A stretch of DNA of 64,000 bases, from IMG/VR virus record IMGVR_UViG_3300046779_001841, positions 32,001 through 96,000 of that record. The stretch is one strand, 5' to 3'. Position numbers and translations under genes: made by a program. This stretch comes from a virus (taxonomy: Duplodnaviria; Caudoviricetes). Positions 9,181-18,158 of this stretch are shown piece by piece. A model generated the notes under the pieces. That model saw nothing but the letters and a program-made list of their open reading frames with translations, ran no database searches and was not told the origin of the DNA. The first letter of the stretch is position 1, and each line of letters opens with the position of its first letter.

Positions 9181-9193
9181 ATAGGATAAAAAA

Positions 9194-9571
9194 ATGAAAT
9201 TCAAACATTGTTTAGAAATCATACTTTCAAATCTCAATCTGGATTATGTAATTTCTTTAGAAGCCAATCCTATTCCAAAAGATGAAGTCCAAGACTTAGA
9301 AAAATTTTATAAAGATGAGATAGATGAAGAAGAAACAATACCTACATATTTGGTTCTGTTTGAAGATATTCCAATTCAAATATATTGTACATCTCATGTA
9401 GATATGTTTAAAGATGATGAAGCAGAAGAAGGTCAAATTCCATATTTATTTCAAAACATTTATGAGATTAGTATATATGATTATAGCAATAATTTTATAG
9501 ATGGTATGATAAGTTATAGTATAGATGAGATTGAAACTTTAATAAAGAAAAGTGTAAGGACTGACAAATGA
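9194..9571 (+). CDS. Hypothetical acidic protein
   Basis: ORF with AGGA RBS. Confidence 0.65.
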   Translation: MKFKHCLEIILSNLNLDYVISLEANPIPKDEVQDLEKFYKDEIDEEETIPTYLVLFEDIPIQIYCTSHVDMFKDDEAEEGQIPYLFQNIYEISIYDYSNNFIDGMISYSIDEIETLIKKSVRTDK

Positions 9572-9939
9572 AAAAGAAAATCATTGAAGTAAATAATAAG
9601 AAAGAGATGGATGCTTGGACAACATATTCTTATGTAACAGAACCATCACATGAAATTAAATATTTAAAGGGTGTAGAAGACACAGTGTTTTTTCAAGGTA
9701 GTGGTGCAAGTAGGAGGAGAGTAGCACCTTATTATATACCACCACTTAAAAATACAGATCCAGAAGTTTTAAATTTGATAGATGAATATCATGCGAGTGT
9801 TTTTAAATTAGAAGAAGCATATAAAGAATGGGATCTGAAAAGAGTAGAGATGTTAGGCAAATTGCGAGTGATGTCTGGCATTTTACCAAAGCCATATGAA
9901 GATATAGCAGTGATGATGAAAGACATCACTAAATCTTAA
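9568..9939 (+). CDS. Hypothetical protein
   Basis: 4-nt overlap with the upstream ORF. Confidence 0.65.
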   Translation: MKKKIIEVNNKKEMDAWTTYSYVTEPSHEIKYLKGVEDTVFFQGSGASRRRVAPYYIPPLKNTDPEVLNLIDEYHASVFKLEEAYKEWDLKRVEMLGKLRVMSGILPKPYEDIAVMMKDITKS

Positions 9940-9951
9940 TAAATCATTTAT
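9939..9951. promoter_or_regulatory. Palindrome ATAAAT-S-ATTTAT (class III upstream motif)
   Basis: ataaatcatttat. Also at 13780, 14427 and 59642. Confidence 0.5.
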
Positions 9952-9984
9952 ACTTATAGTATTAAGGAATGTAATAATTTTCTA

Positions 9985-10062
9985 AACAAAAGGATCATTA
10001 AAATGATTAGTCAAAAATTAGCTTCTTTAGAAGCAAGAATCGCTAAGTTAGAGCAATCTAGT
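9985..10062 (+). repeat. Leader plus N-terminal-tag cassette, copy 1
   Basis: 78 bp identical to 10389-10466. Near-identical copies precede 12926, 13846 and 14492. Confidence 0.95.
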
Positions 10063-10380
10063 GTATCCACTAAAAAAGCATCTACTTCTTTAGATCTTCG
10101 ATCTATTATAGTTGCTCTTAAGAGTGTAACTAAAGGTAAAAACTGGAAATGGAAGATTCAAGGTAGTGATAAAATCACAGGATTTTATTTCGATGAGATG
10201 ATAGATGGTGCAGTATTTGTTGAGTTTAAAGATCAAGGTACAAAAACCTTAATCGTTCTTGATACAGGTGATTACGACCAACATACTGTGCTTGTAGATA
10301 CTGATGCTGATGTAATGGTTATTGCTAAAACAATTATTAAAGCTATTTACAACTATGATCTGTTGGGTAAATTCTTTTAA
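10003..10380 (+). CDS. Tagged protein (MISQKLASLEARIAKLE), unknown cargo; putative virion-internal protein
   Basis: Shared N-terminus followed by KKAS, then unique sequence. Confidence 0.8.
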   Translation: MISQKLASLEARIAKLEQSSVSTKKASTSLDLRSIIVALKSVTKGKNWKWKIQGSDKITGFYFDEMIDGAVFVEFKDQGTKTLIVLDTGDYDQHTVLVDTDADVMVIAKTIIKAIYNYDLLGKFF

Positions 10381-10388
10381 TAAGTCAT

Positions 10389-10466
10389 AACAAAAGGATC
10401 ATTAAAATGATTAGTCAAAAATTAGCTTCTTTAGAAGCAAGAATCGCTAAGTTAGAGCAATCTAGT
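10389..10466 (+). repeat. Leader plus N-terminal-tag cassette, copy 2
   Basis: 78 bp identical to 9985-10062. Confidence 0.95.
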
Positions 10467-10814
10467 TTAACCACTAAAAAAGCATCCGCTTTTAATATTC
10501 GTGAAGTTAAAGATTATGTGAAAAACCAAATCAAGAATTGGGGATTTAGTGTTTCACAACCTTCAAAAAATGAAATCTATGCTACAAATGAAGGTAGCAG
10601 AATCAGTGCAGGTATTCCAAAAGAATATTGGTCTTTTACCTTTACTCCAAAACAGGATGGCATTAAGATGGATTATGTAACTGAAGGTTTAAATGATTAC
10701 GATAATTCAAGTTATGATGAGAGTATTTTATTTGAATTTGACGATCCAGAAATTTCTGCTGATATTAATATGTATATTGGTGAATATATTGTTTTAAGAG
10801 TGACTAGATCCTAG
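10407..10814 (+). CDS. Tagged protein (MISQKLASLEARIAKLE), unknown cargo
   Basis: Shared N-terminus followed by KKAS, then unique sequence. Confidence 0.8.
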   Translation: MISQKLASLEARIAKLEQSSLTTKKASAFNIREVKDYVKNQIKNWGFSVSQPSKNEIYATNEGSRISAGIPKEYWSFTFTPKQDGIKMDYVTEGLNDYDNSSYDESILFEFDDPEISADINMYIGEYIVLRVTRS

Positions 10815-11790
10815 TATACTTATAAAACCATGTAAAAAATTCATGATATGCTTTCATATTTACAGATAGACCATCTATACTATCTTTTGTAATTAAGACA
10901 CCAGTACCTTCCATTACTTTCAAAAAAACATTTCGATATTCAATTTTATTGTCATTACTCATAAAAATGTTTTTAAGCCACCACTTATACATCTCTTTCA
11001 ATTCTTGTTCTTTCATTTCTACTGAAAGTGCATCAATATACTTATCAAATAAAGTAAAGTTGTAAGGTGCATAAGTTAAGACCTTGTTCTCATTGAAATA
11101 AGCAAAATCACATTTTCTTGCGAGTGTGAAAAGTGTTGGCAATTCGGATTTGAATTTTAAATCACCAGTCAAAAAGAGTTTAAAGTTTTCAGCTTTGTCT
11201 TTTAAGAAATTAAGTCCATCCAGATTATTGATAGAAACATTTAAAACTTTCTCTTGATAGTATGTAAAGATATATTTCTTATTGTCATAACCTTGTCTGT
11301 AATCATTGATCATAGATATTAAAGCAGTAAATGGATCTTGATCTATTTGAAAGACAAAGTACAGATATTTCTTGATCAATGGTATCAATTCTTGATATAG
11401 CTTACCTTCTTTTTTAAACATATCAGATGGTGCTTTACCCCAATCAATATCAACTTTCATGAGTAGATGTAAAAAAATGGTAGTTGGGAAAAGAACAAAA
11501 GTATTCTTCTCAACCAAAAGAACAAGATCTGGAATATGATCAAATCGTTTTAAATAGAAAAGAACTTGTTGTAGAACAGAAGCAATATTTTCTCTATTTA
11601 AGAGAGAGTAATCTGCTTTAGCTTCGATAAGAATTTTATAACCATCATCTAAAGTTAAAAGACCATCACATTGATGTGGTTTAGACCATTCACCACCAAG
11701 ATGGTGTCTTAATTCATTACGATAAACAGTTTCAATAAGAGATTCATTATTAGATGCAGATTCAATTTGTTTGATAAGTTGAGTGTTCAT
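10804..11790 (-). CDS. PD-(D/E)xK nuclease-domain protein (restriction-like N-terminus)
   Basis: QCDGLL...ILIEAK motif followed by LQQVLFYLKRF. Confidence 0.55.
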   Translation of the reverse strand: MNTQLIKQIESASNNESLIETVYRNELRHHLGGEWSKPHQCDGLLTLDDGYKILIEAKADYSLLNRENIASVLQQVLFYLKRFDHIPDLVLLVEKNTFVLFPTTIFLHLLMKVDIDWGKAPSDMFKKEGKLYQELIPLIKKYLYFVFQIDQDPFTALISMINDYRQGYDNKKYIFTYYQEKVLNVSINNLDGLNFLKDKAENFKLFLTGDLKFKSELPTLFTLARKCDFAYFNENKVLTYAPYNFTLFDKYIDALSVEMKEQELKEMYKWWLKNIFMSNDNKIEYRNVFLKVMEGTGVLITKDSIDGLSVNMKAYHEFFTWFYKYTRI

Positions 11791-11855
11791 TGGTTTCCTT
11801 ATGAAAGAGAATATCTTTCTTATATTATTTTATATACCAATGAACTTAATTTTTT

Positions 11856-12353
11856 TTATTCTTCATCATCAATCAAAGATGTTTGTTTGCCCTTTTTAGC
11901 TTTCTTTTCTTCATCTTTCTTCTTTTGATCTTCATCAAATAAAGCATAGACTTCAGATTTCCAATTACCATTGCGATCAATTTCTTCAGAAAAATAAGAA
12001 ACATCTGGTGTTCGCATACTATATGTCATTTCACCATTTTGATCATTTTCTTCAGCAACGATATGACAAAGTAAATGATCAATCAAAGAGATTTGATGTT
12101 TTTGATCTAAACTGCACCAAAGATCATAACCAATTTCAAGAATGAATTGATATTCTTTATCACCAAGAACAGTAAGAATACCAGGTGCTTTAATGATCTT
12201 GCCAAGATTATATTTGCCACCTGTTTTACCTGCTTTGTCTTTAAAGACAATTTGAATTTCGGAAAGAATATCTACTAATTTTGGATGACAGTTGCCAACC
12301 ACATATTCGACTACACTTTGATCTTCTTTTTCTGCTTTCCATTTATTTTGCAT
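11856..12353 (-). CDS. Phage metallopeptidase-like protein lacking the catalytic Glu (HLLCH)
   Basis: FILEIGYDLWCSLD..HQISLIDHLLCHI...PDVSYFSEEIDRNGNW resembles the putative phage metallopeptidase family (normally HELxH). Confidence 0.6.
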   Translation of the reverse strand: MQNKWKAEKEDQSVVEYVVGNCHPKLVDILSEIQIVFKDKAGKTGGKYNLGKIIKAPGILTVLGDKEYQFILEIGYDLWCSLDQKHQISLIDHLLCHIVAEENDQNGEMTYSMRTPDVSYFSEEIDRNGNWKSEVYALFDEDQKKKDEEKKAKKGKQTSLIDDEE

Positions 12354-12432
12354 AATGCACAATCCTTTTTTTAATTTGGAAAAGTATGAATGAACAATAC
12401 ACAATATCTTATAAGATCTTTAACAAGATTTA

Positions 12433-12798
12433 CTATCTAATTCTTCTTTTTGCATTTCTCATGATTTTATTTTGAATATATTGATCTACACTTTCTTGTT
12501 CTTCTTCTAATGCGCGATCACTCATATTTTGAATGAAGAATTTTTTGGTTTCTGCAATATCTTTTAGTGCTTTCTTTTTTCCCATATTATAATAGATTTG
12601 ATCATCTAAAACGAGTTTAGATGTAGAAACTAAAGCACTAAAGAAACGAAGTCTAAAGAATTGTGGAATTTGGCTTTTCATTTCATTAAAATAAGAGATA
12701 CCAATTTCATTCGCATCTTCAAATTGACCTGCGATAATAAGTTTCTCAATGTCATTTAAAGCACTGAGTATTTTTTTAAGTATGATACTTGTTTTCAT
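12433..12798 (-). CDS. Hypothetical helical protein
   Basis: AAGGA RBS before MKTSII. Confidence 0.6.
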   Translation of the reverse strand: MKTSIILKKILSALNDIEKLIIAGQFEDANEIGISYFNEMKSQIPQFFRLRFFSALVSTSKLVLDDQIYYNMGKKKALKDIAETKKFFIQNMSDRALEEEQESVDQYIQNKIMRNAKRRIR

Positions 12799-12925
12799 TT
12801 TTTTGTCCTTGTATCTTGAATGGAACACATACATAGAACAGAGATATAAATTTAATATTTATTAAATAGATAGATAGGTAGATAGATGAGTGTTTAATAT
12901 TTTTCTAAACAAAAGGATCATTAAA

Positions 12926-13429
12926 ATGATTAGTCAAAAATTAGCTTCTTTAGAAGCAAGAATCGTCAAGTTAGAACAATCTGGCAACAAACAAGCAAGT
13001 CAAACTCGAAATGCAGGTTGGACACCAGGTTCTGGTGCTATGCCAACAGCTAAAGATCTTTTTAAGAGTATTGGTTTATATTTAGACAAAAGACATAACA
13101 TTAGCTGGGAATTAAAACATGATAAGTCACAAGGTAATTCTGGCAATGGTATGATTGAAATCAAATTTGGTGAAGACTATTCTGTTGGTGATCCTGGTTA
13201 TACTGCAAGTGCAATATATGACTTTCGAGTAAGAACAGATTTGATGTCAGGTGAAACACAACTTATTTTTAATATTACACCAACAAAAGAATTTAGAGGA
13301 TTTGCTTCTAGTAAGACTTTTGTCCTTGATTTTTATCAAGGACAACCACAAAGAGAATGGGATATGCAAATCATTCAAATTACAGAATGGCTACAAAAAT
13401 TTCATGATAATTTAGAATCAAACTATTGA
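12926..13429 (+). CDS. Tagged protein (MISQKLASLEARIVKLE), unknown cargo
   Basis: Start at the cassette ATG. Tag followed by KQAS and RNAG. Confidence 0.8.
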   Translation: MISQKLASLEARIVKLEQSGNKQASQTRNAGWTPGSGAMPTAKDLFKSIGLYLDKRHNISWELKHDKSQGNSGNGMIEIKFGEDYSVGDPGYTASAIYDFRVRTDLMSGETQLIFNITPTKEFRGFASSKTFVLDFYQGQPQREWDMQIIQITEWLQKFHDNLESNY

Positions 13430-13761
13430 TATTTTTTAATCCATTCATGTTCTGTACCTAGACCACAACAATATTTACTATCTTCTATCGTCCATTGTGT
13501 TCTTGATTTTCCTCTTTTAGATTTAAGTGCTTTCTCAGCTTTCATTGCAGTTGAACGATCTGGATATGTTCCATATAATGCTTTTGGCACCCAAGGTCTA
13601 TATTTAGAGGTATAGGTGGCTCCACCATGTATCTCTCCATTATGTTGCCTTAATCTTCTTTCATAATCTGTAGTGCATCCTACATAATAAAAGCCTTCAA
13701 GTTCTTTACCTGTTTTACTATATCTCTTCTGTTGAGATTGAAGTACATATACATACCACAT
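13423..13761 (-). CDS. SLX1/UPF0213-like GIY-YIG nuclease
   Basis: WYVYVLQS...YYVGCTTDYERRLRQHNGEIHGGATYT..YRPW...AMKAEKALK. Confidence 0.85.
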   Translation of the reverse strand: MWYVYVLQSQQKRYSKTGKELEGFYYVGCTTDYERRLRQHNGEIHGGATYTSKYRPWVPKALYGTYPDRSTAMKAEKALKSKRGKSRTQWTIEDSKYCCGLGTEHEWIKKYQ

Positions 13762-13845
13762 AGTCCATATCCTTTGTGAATAAATGATTTATACTTATAT
13801 CATTTGTGTGAATGTTTAATAATTTTTCTAAAAAGGATCAATAAA

Positions 13846-14388
13846 ATGATTAGTCAAAAACTCGCTTCTTTAGAAGCAAGGATCGCTAAACTCGAAAGTA
13901 AAAAAGCAGGTGTTGGATTAAGACCTAAGTCACCATCTCAAATTAATTATGTAACACCAAATGTTGAAGATGTTGCACACATGATTCAACTTATTCTTGG
14001 CAATACTTTTCATCGTTTTATGTCTAAACAAAATAGTGGTAGTGGTCTAATAGTTATTATGGATAGTTCATTCTATAAAGATGAAGATTTTTTCTTTCAT
14101 CCAGAAGATACTATCGAACAACACAATAATGTCATAGCAAATATGACTGTTAATATTGTTCTTGAAGAAGGTGTGATGGATGATGAAATGTCTTACATTA
14201 GTCCTTATGGAGATGAAATGGATGATTATGCCTTAGAACTAAAACCTGTTACTACTTTTGCTACTATCACTTTTAAAGCCTTAGGTAAAGTTAAAACAGT
14301 TGAAGTTTCTTTTGGAATTGGAAGTACTTTAAAAAAAGTTCAAGCACAAATGAAACCACTTGTAGCTTTTTATAATTCATTTAGATAA
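13846..14388 (+). CDS. Tagged protein (MISQKLASLEARIAKLE), unknown cargo
   Basis: Tag followed by KKAG. Confidence 0.8.
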   Translation: MISQKLASLEARIAKLESKKAGVGLRPKSPSQINYVTPNVEDVAHMIQLILGNTFHRFMSKQNSGSGLIVIMDSSFYKDEDFFFHPEDTIEQHNNVIANMTVNIVLEEGVMDDEMSYISPYGDEMDDYALELKPVTTFATITFKALGKVKTVEVSFGIGSTLKKVQAQMKPLVAFYNSFR

Positions 14389-14491
14389 AAATCTCTATTG
14401 AAAAAGCTATTATCTTTTGTTTGTGAATAAATCATTTATACTTGATGATTTATATGAATGTTTAATAATTTTAATAAAAGGATAATCTAAA

Positions 14492-15016
14492 ATGATTAGT
14501 CAAAAAATCGCTTCTCTTGAAGACCGTCTTGCTAGATTAGATCGATCTAACTTAACAAACAAAAAATCTTCTTTTCGTGATAAGACTTCTTCAAGTTTTA
14601 CACCTCCAGATATTTACAATATTTGTCATATTGATTTTGATTTCTTAAAGAAAGAATTAGAAAAAACTTATTCAGATTATGACCTTACACTTTCTAAGCT
14701 AGAATCTAATTTTCCTGGACATTACGATGTTCTTTTTTTCCTAGAATATGGAAAACATGAATTTTTACAGGTTCTTATTTCTTTAAGAGTGGGAAAAGGT
14801 GATGAAAAAATTACTGTTGGTGTTGATCTAAAATTTGAACATGACGATCCAGATGCTCAATTCTCAGAAAGTACTGCGAAAGATTATAAATTAAAGGATA
14901 TAGATTCTACTATAAATCATAAAATAATTAAGTATGTAAAAGAAACATATACTGATAGTTTGAATCTTTTAAATTTCAAAATTGAACTCGCAGAAGAATA
15001 CCATCCTAAATATTGA
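14492..15016 (+). CDS. Tagged protein (MISQKIASLEDRLARLD), unknown cargo
   Basis: Variant tag followed by KKSS. Confidence 0.8.
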   Translation: MISQKIASLEDRLARLDRSNLTNKKSSFRDKTSSSFTPPDIYNICHIDFDFLKKELEKTYSDYDLTLSKLESNFPGHYDVLFFLEYGKHEFLQVLISLRVGKGDEKITVGVDLKFEHDDPDAQFSESTAKDYKLKDIDSTINHKIIKYVKETYTDSLNLLNFKIELAEEYHPKY

Positions 15017-15064
15017 TTTTATAATCATCTCTATTAAAAAATCTATATATCATTGGAGATGATT

Positions 15065-16852
15065 ATGAAACCTACTTTATCAGAATTTATTGATTCAGCT
15101 AAAGAATCACTACTTGCTATTATTGAACAATCTAAAAGATTAAAGAAAACTTTCAACACTGAAAGAACTTTTGTTGCAGAATTGAAAACAAAAGCAAATT
15201 TTAAGAAATTTATGAAAGACTATGCAGGTAAAAAAAACCTAGAAACTAGAATCAATCCACTATCATATATTGTTAGAGATGCTTTATTTGACCCAACTTA
15301 TGATTTAAATGCTAAACTTATTGATTTGGAATCTTTCCTAAGAATGTCTTATAAAGAAACTTATCCAGAAGATACAAAAGCAGAAAGAGAAAGAGAAAAA
15401 AGAAGTAAAGCATTTGAAAAAGATGTTCGTGGAACACAAAAAGCAGAAACACAAGCTAAGAAAGATTATGTTGCGATCTTTACTACAATGAACTCTGTAT
15501 TACAAACAGATTTTACACAATCAAATGGTAACAGTCGAGTATTTACAAGTAAATTGAAAGCCTATGGTCAAAGTTCAAATAATGCTATTGGCAAATTCAT
15601 TGAAACATATTTTGCAGGTAGTGATAATGCAGAAAGCAGGATTAACACTTTTATCTATGCAATAAGAGATAACTACTTTCCATCCACATCACCAGATGCA
15701 CCTAAAAATCCAAGAGCAATGTTTGATAAAAAACTTGCAGGTATTGTTAAGTCATCACATAAAAATAGAGTGTTAAATGAAGAAAGAGAAGCACTAGAAT
15801 CTGTTATTCCAGAATCCTTTTTGCAATATTTACCAAGTACTTTAATCGTTGAAGTAGATAAGAACAGTAAAATCACAAAGATCCGATCTAAATTTGCAGA
15901 AAGAATTAATGACATTGGTGCAAAAATTGAAAGACAAAAAGATTTACTCAAGAACTTAACTAAACTTGAATTGAAAATCAAAAAAGATCTTAAAAGCACT
16001 GATCATGATACTAAGATGAAAGCACTTATTATCTATTTAATGCTAGATACTGGTATTCGACCTGGTGCAGAACAAAATAAGATTAGAAATCCTGATTTTG
16101 AAGTCGATGCTCTTACAGATGAAGATGATGAAGATGAATATGATGAATTTTTAGAAACTTATGGTGCGACCACTCTTAATAAACAACATATTCTTTTTGT
16201 TAGAGAGAATTTTATATCTTTAAAGTTTAGAGGTAAAAAAGGTACAATCAATTTGGCAGATATAAGTGATGCAACTTTAGTTAAAGCCATTAAAGATCTT
16301 GTAGAGAAAACACGAAATGTGGAAAGAAGTAATTATCTTTTCTTAGATAGTGCAGGTCAAATTTTTGACCAACCAAAAATCACTGCATATTTAAGAGCAA
16401 TTATTCCTGGTCTTAATTTAACAGATTTTAGAAAATTGAAATCATCAAGAGTTCTTTTAGATGCTTTAAGAGAGAAACAAGAAATTCTTTTACAAAAGAT
16501 TTATGATTTGAACCAACAACAAGTAGAAGATTTAAAAGAACAAGTCATTTCTTTAATTGAAGAAGTTGTTGAAGAATCTTTTGAACAATCTATGGTTGCA
16601 TTAAGTCATCAGAATATGAACACTACTATTAAATCTTATATCAATCCACAAGTCTTACTTAATTTCTTATCCACTGGTAAAGTAGCAGATAAACTTGAAG
16701 ATATTGTTTTAAATCAACAAAATTTGAAATTTGACCCACAAGTCTTTATTACATCTGCAATAGCTTATGGTAGTGCTATTGGTGAATTGACACAAGGTGC
16801 ATCAACAACAAGGACTGCATCTTTAAGAGAATTGTTTAGAATGATAGCTTAA
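15065..16852 (+). CDS. DNA topoisomerase IB (bacterial/poxvirus-like) with a long N-terminal extension
   Basis: Catalytic residues in order: TGIRPG (R), FRGKKG (K), DFRK (R), LSH (H), KSYINP (Y). Confidence 0.8.
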   Translation: MKPTLSEFIDSAKESLLAIIEQSKRLKKTFNTERTFVAELKTKANFKKFMKDYAGKKNLETRINPLSYIVRDALFDPTYDLNAKLIDLESFLRMSYKETYPEDTKAEREREKRSKAFEKDVRGTQKAETQAKKDYVAIFTTMNSVLQTDFTQSNGNSRVFTSKLKAYGQSSNNAIGKFIETYFAGSDNAESRINTFIYAIRDNYFPSTSPDAPKNPRAMFDKKLAGIVKSSHKNRVLNEEREALESVIPESFLQYLPSTLIVEVDKNSKITKIRSKFAERINDIGAKIERQKDLLKNLTKLELKIKKDLKSTDHDTKMKALIIYLMLDTGIRPGAEQNKIRNPDFEVDALTDEDDEDEYDEFLETYGATTLNKQHILFVRENFISLKFRGKKGTINLADISDATLVKAIKDLVEKTRNVERSNYLFLDSAGQIFDQPKITAYLRAIIPGLNLTDFRKLKSSRVLLDALREKQEILLQKIYDLNQQQVEDLKEQVISLIEEVVEESFEQSMVALSHQNMNTTIKSYINPQVLLNFLSTGKVADKLEDIVLNQQNLKFDPQVFITSAIAYGSAIGELTQGASTTRTASLRELFRMIA

Positions 16853-16924
16853 TAAAATTTTTGTAAAAATAAAAAAGAAAACTTATAAGCATAAGTGCAT
16901 TCTCACAACAAAAGGAAAAATGAA

Positions 16925-17500
16925 ATGCACTCATTAATCAAAATCAAAAAAGATCGTGTGTCTTTAGATGTTACTGGCAAGACATTGACATTAGGATTTA
17001 ATTCTTTTCGTATTGGTGTTAATATGAATATTCCATCATCATTGGATATTATTGATAACAATATTTGTGTGTCTTTTGAAAATCAAACATATTCGTTCGC
17101 TGGTTTAAATTTAAAAGAGATTGAGATCAGTCCAACACCTGTTAAACAAGAACCACCTAAAATTGTAAAAAAACAAAAGCCTACTCTCAATGCAAAAAGA
17201 TATTGTTTAGATGTTGAAAGATTACATCCTTTGACTGCATCTGTATTACTCGCTTGTTCAAAAGAAAACTTATCAAGAACTGAAATTTTTCAAAAAATCT
17301 TAGATAAGAAGAATTATGAGAAATTTCTAAATTTGGAAAAGTATCGTAGAAGTTATGATTACTATCGTCCACTACTTTGGGCTTTGGAAAAAGAAGGTAT
17401 GTTAGCTTGTGATTATACTGCTGGCAGACAAGCGAAGCAACATCGTTTTGCGACTACACAAAAAGGTATGGATTTTCTTCTTCAAATTAGATCAAAATAA
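16925..17500 (+). CDS. Hypothetical protein, possible C-terminal winged helix
   Basis: RBS before MHSLIK. C-terminal LWALEKEGML...HRFATTQKG is typical of a wHTH wing. Confidence 0.55.
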   Translation: MHSLIKIKKDRVSLDVTGKTLTLGFNSFRIGVNMNIPSSLDIIDNNICVSFENQTYSFAGLNLKEIEISPTPVKQEPPKIVKKQKPTLNAKRYCLDVERLHPLTASVLLACSKENLSRTEIFQKILDKKNYEKFLNLEKYRRSYDYYRPLLWALEKEGMLACDYTAGRQAKQHRFATTQKGMDFLLQIRSK

Positions 17501-17511
17501 ATTTCATAATC

Positions 17512-17543
17512 GTTGCAAAGATTGCTAATCCATAAGTGTTATA
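17512..17543 (+). promoter_or_regulatory. Class I promoter motif followed by hairpin GTCA-ATAA-TGAC (17549-17560)
   Basis: gttgcaaagattgctaatccataagtgttata. Confidence 0.8.
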
Positions 17544-17582
17544 TGTATGTCAATAATGACTAACACTTAAAGGATTTGAAAA

Positions 17583-18125
17583 ATGAATATTCAAGATTTC
17601 AAAAATAATGCTAATGCTCTTCTCATGGTAACAAGTGATGATTGGTCTAAAAATTTTATCCAATCTTTACTTGATCAAGTAAATGCAGGTAGGACTTTAA
17701 GTGAAAAACAATTAAATCTCTTTAACAAGAAGTTGGATAATATGTTAAATCCACCAGAACCTGTAGAAGTAGATCAAGAGTTCTTAAAGCAAATAAATCT
17801 CTTGAAAACAAAAACAAAGTCTGCATGGCTTTTAGGTTTTTGTGATTCAATCACTACTCAACTTAAAGGTGGTAAAACATTAAGTGGAAAACAAATGGAT
17901 ATTTTTAAAGCTAAATATGACAAATTGGTTTTAAAGATTAAACCACCAAAAGAAATCCAATCTCTTGAAGAAGAAAGAAGAAATGATAGTGGTTGGAATG
18001 TATCCATTTCCACTGAATGGAATCATAGTTGGATTTGTGAAAGAGAAGATAGTGGTTGGGGTGGTGAGAGAGAAGATTCTGGTTGGGAAGGTGATGGTTG
18101 GGGTGGTAGTGATGGTGAATGGTAA
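17583..18125 (+). CDS. Early protein with a duplicated W..F..S......G.TLS.KQ domain and a DSGW-repeat tail
   Basis: Two internal repeats plus an acidic Gly/Trp C-terminus. Confidence 0.75.
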   Translation: MNIQDFKNNANALLMVTSDDWSKNFIQSLLDQVNAGRTLSEKQLNLFNKKLDNMLNPPEPVEVDQEFLKQINLLKTKTKSAWLLGFCDSITTQLKGGKTLSGKQMDIFKAKYDKLVLKIKPPKEIQSLEEERRNDSGWNVSISTEWNHSWICEREDSGWGGEREDSGWEGDGWGGSDGEW

Positions 18126-18158
18126 AAACAAAACACTTTCAAAACAAAGGAAAAACAA

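Noticed and set aside
12864-12886. (TAGA)n microsatellite-like run upstream of 12926
   Set aside because: Only about 5 imperfect units and a single occurrence; no support for phase variation.
9985-14540. CRISPR-like repeat array
   Set aside because: The repeats are 65-78 bp, contain an RBS and start codon, and are separated by whole genes rather than 25-45-nt spacers. No cas genes.
15065-16852. Protelomerase or integrase call for the GIRPG proteins
   Set aside because: The motif set (GIRPG, FxGKxG, DFRK, H, SYIxP) fits Topo IB better, and no att site or telomere palindrome was seen. Formal exclusion needs a phylogeny.
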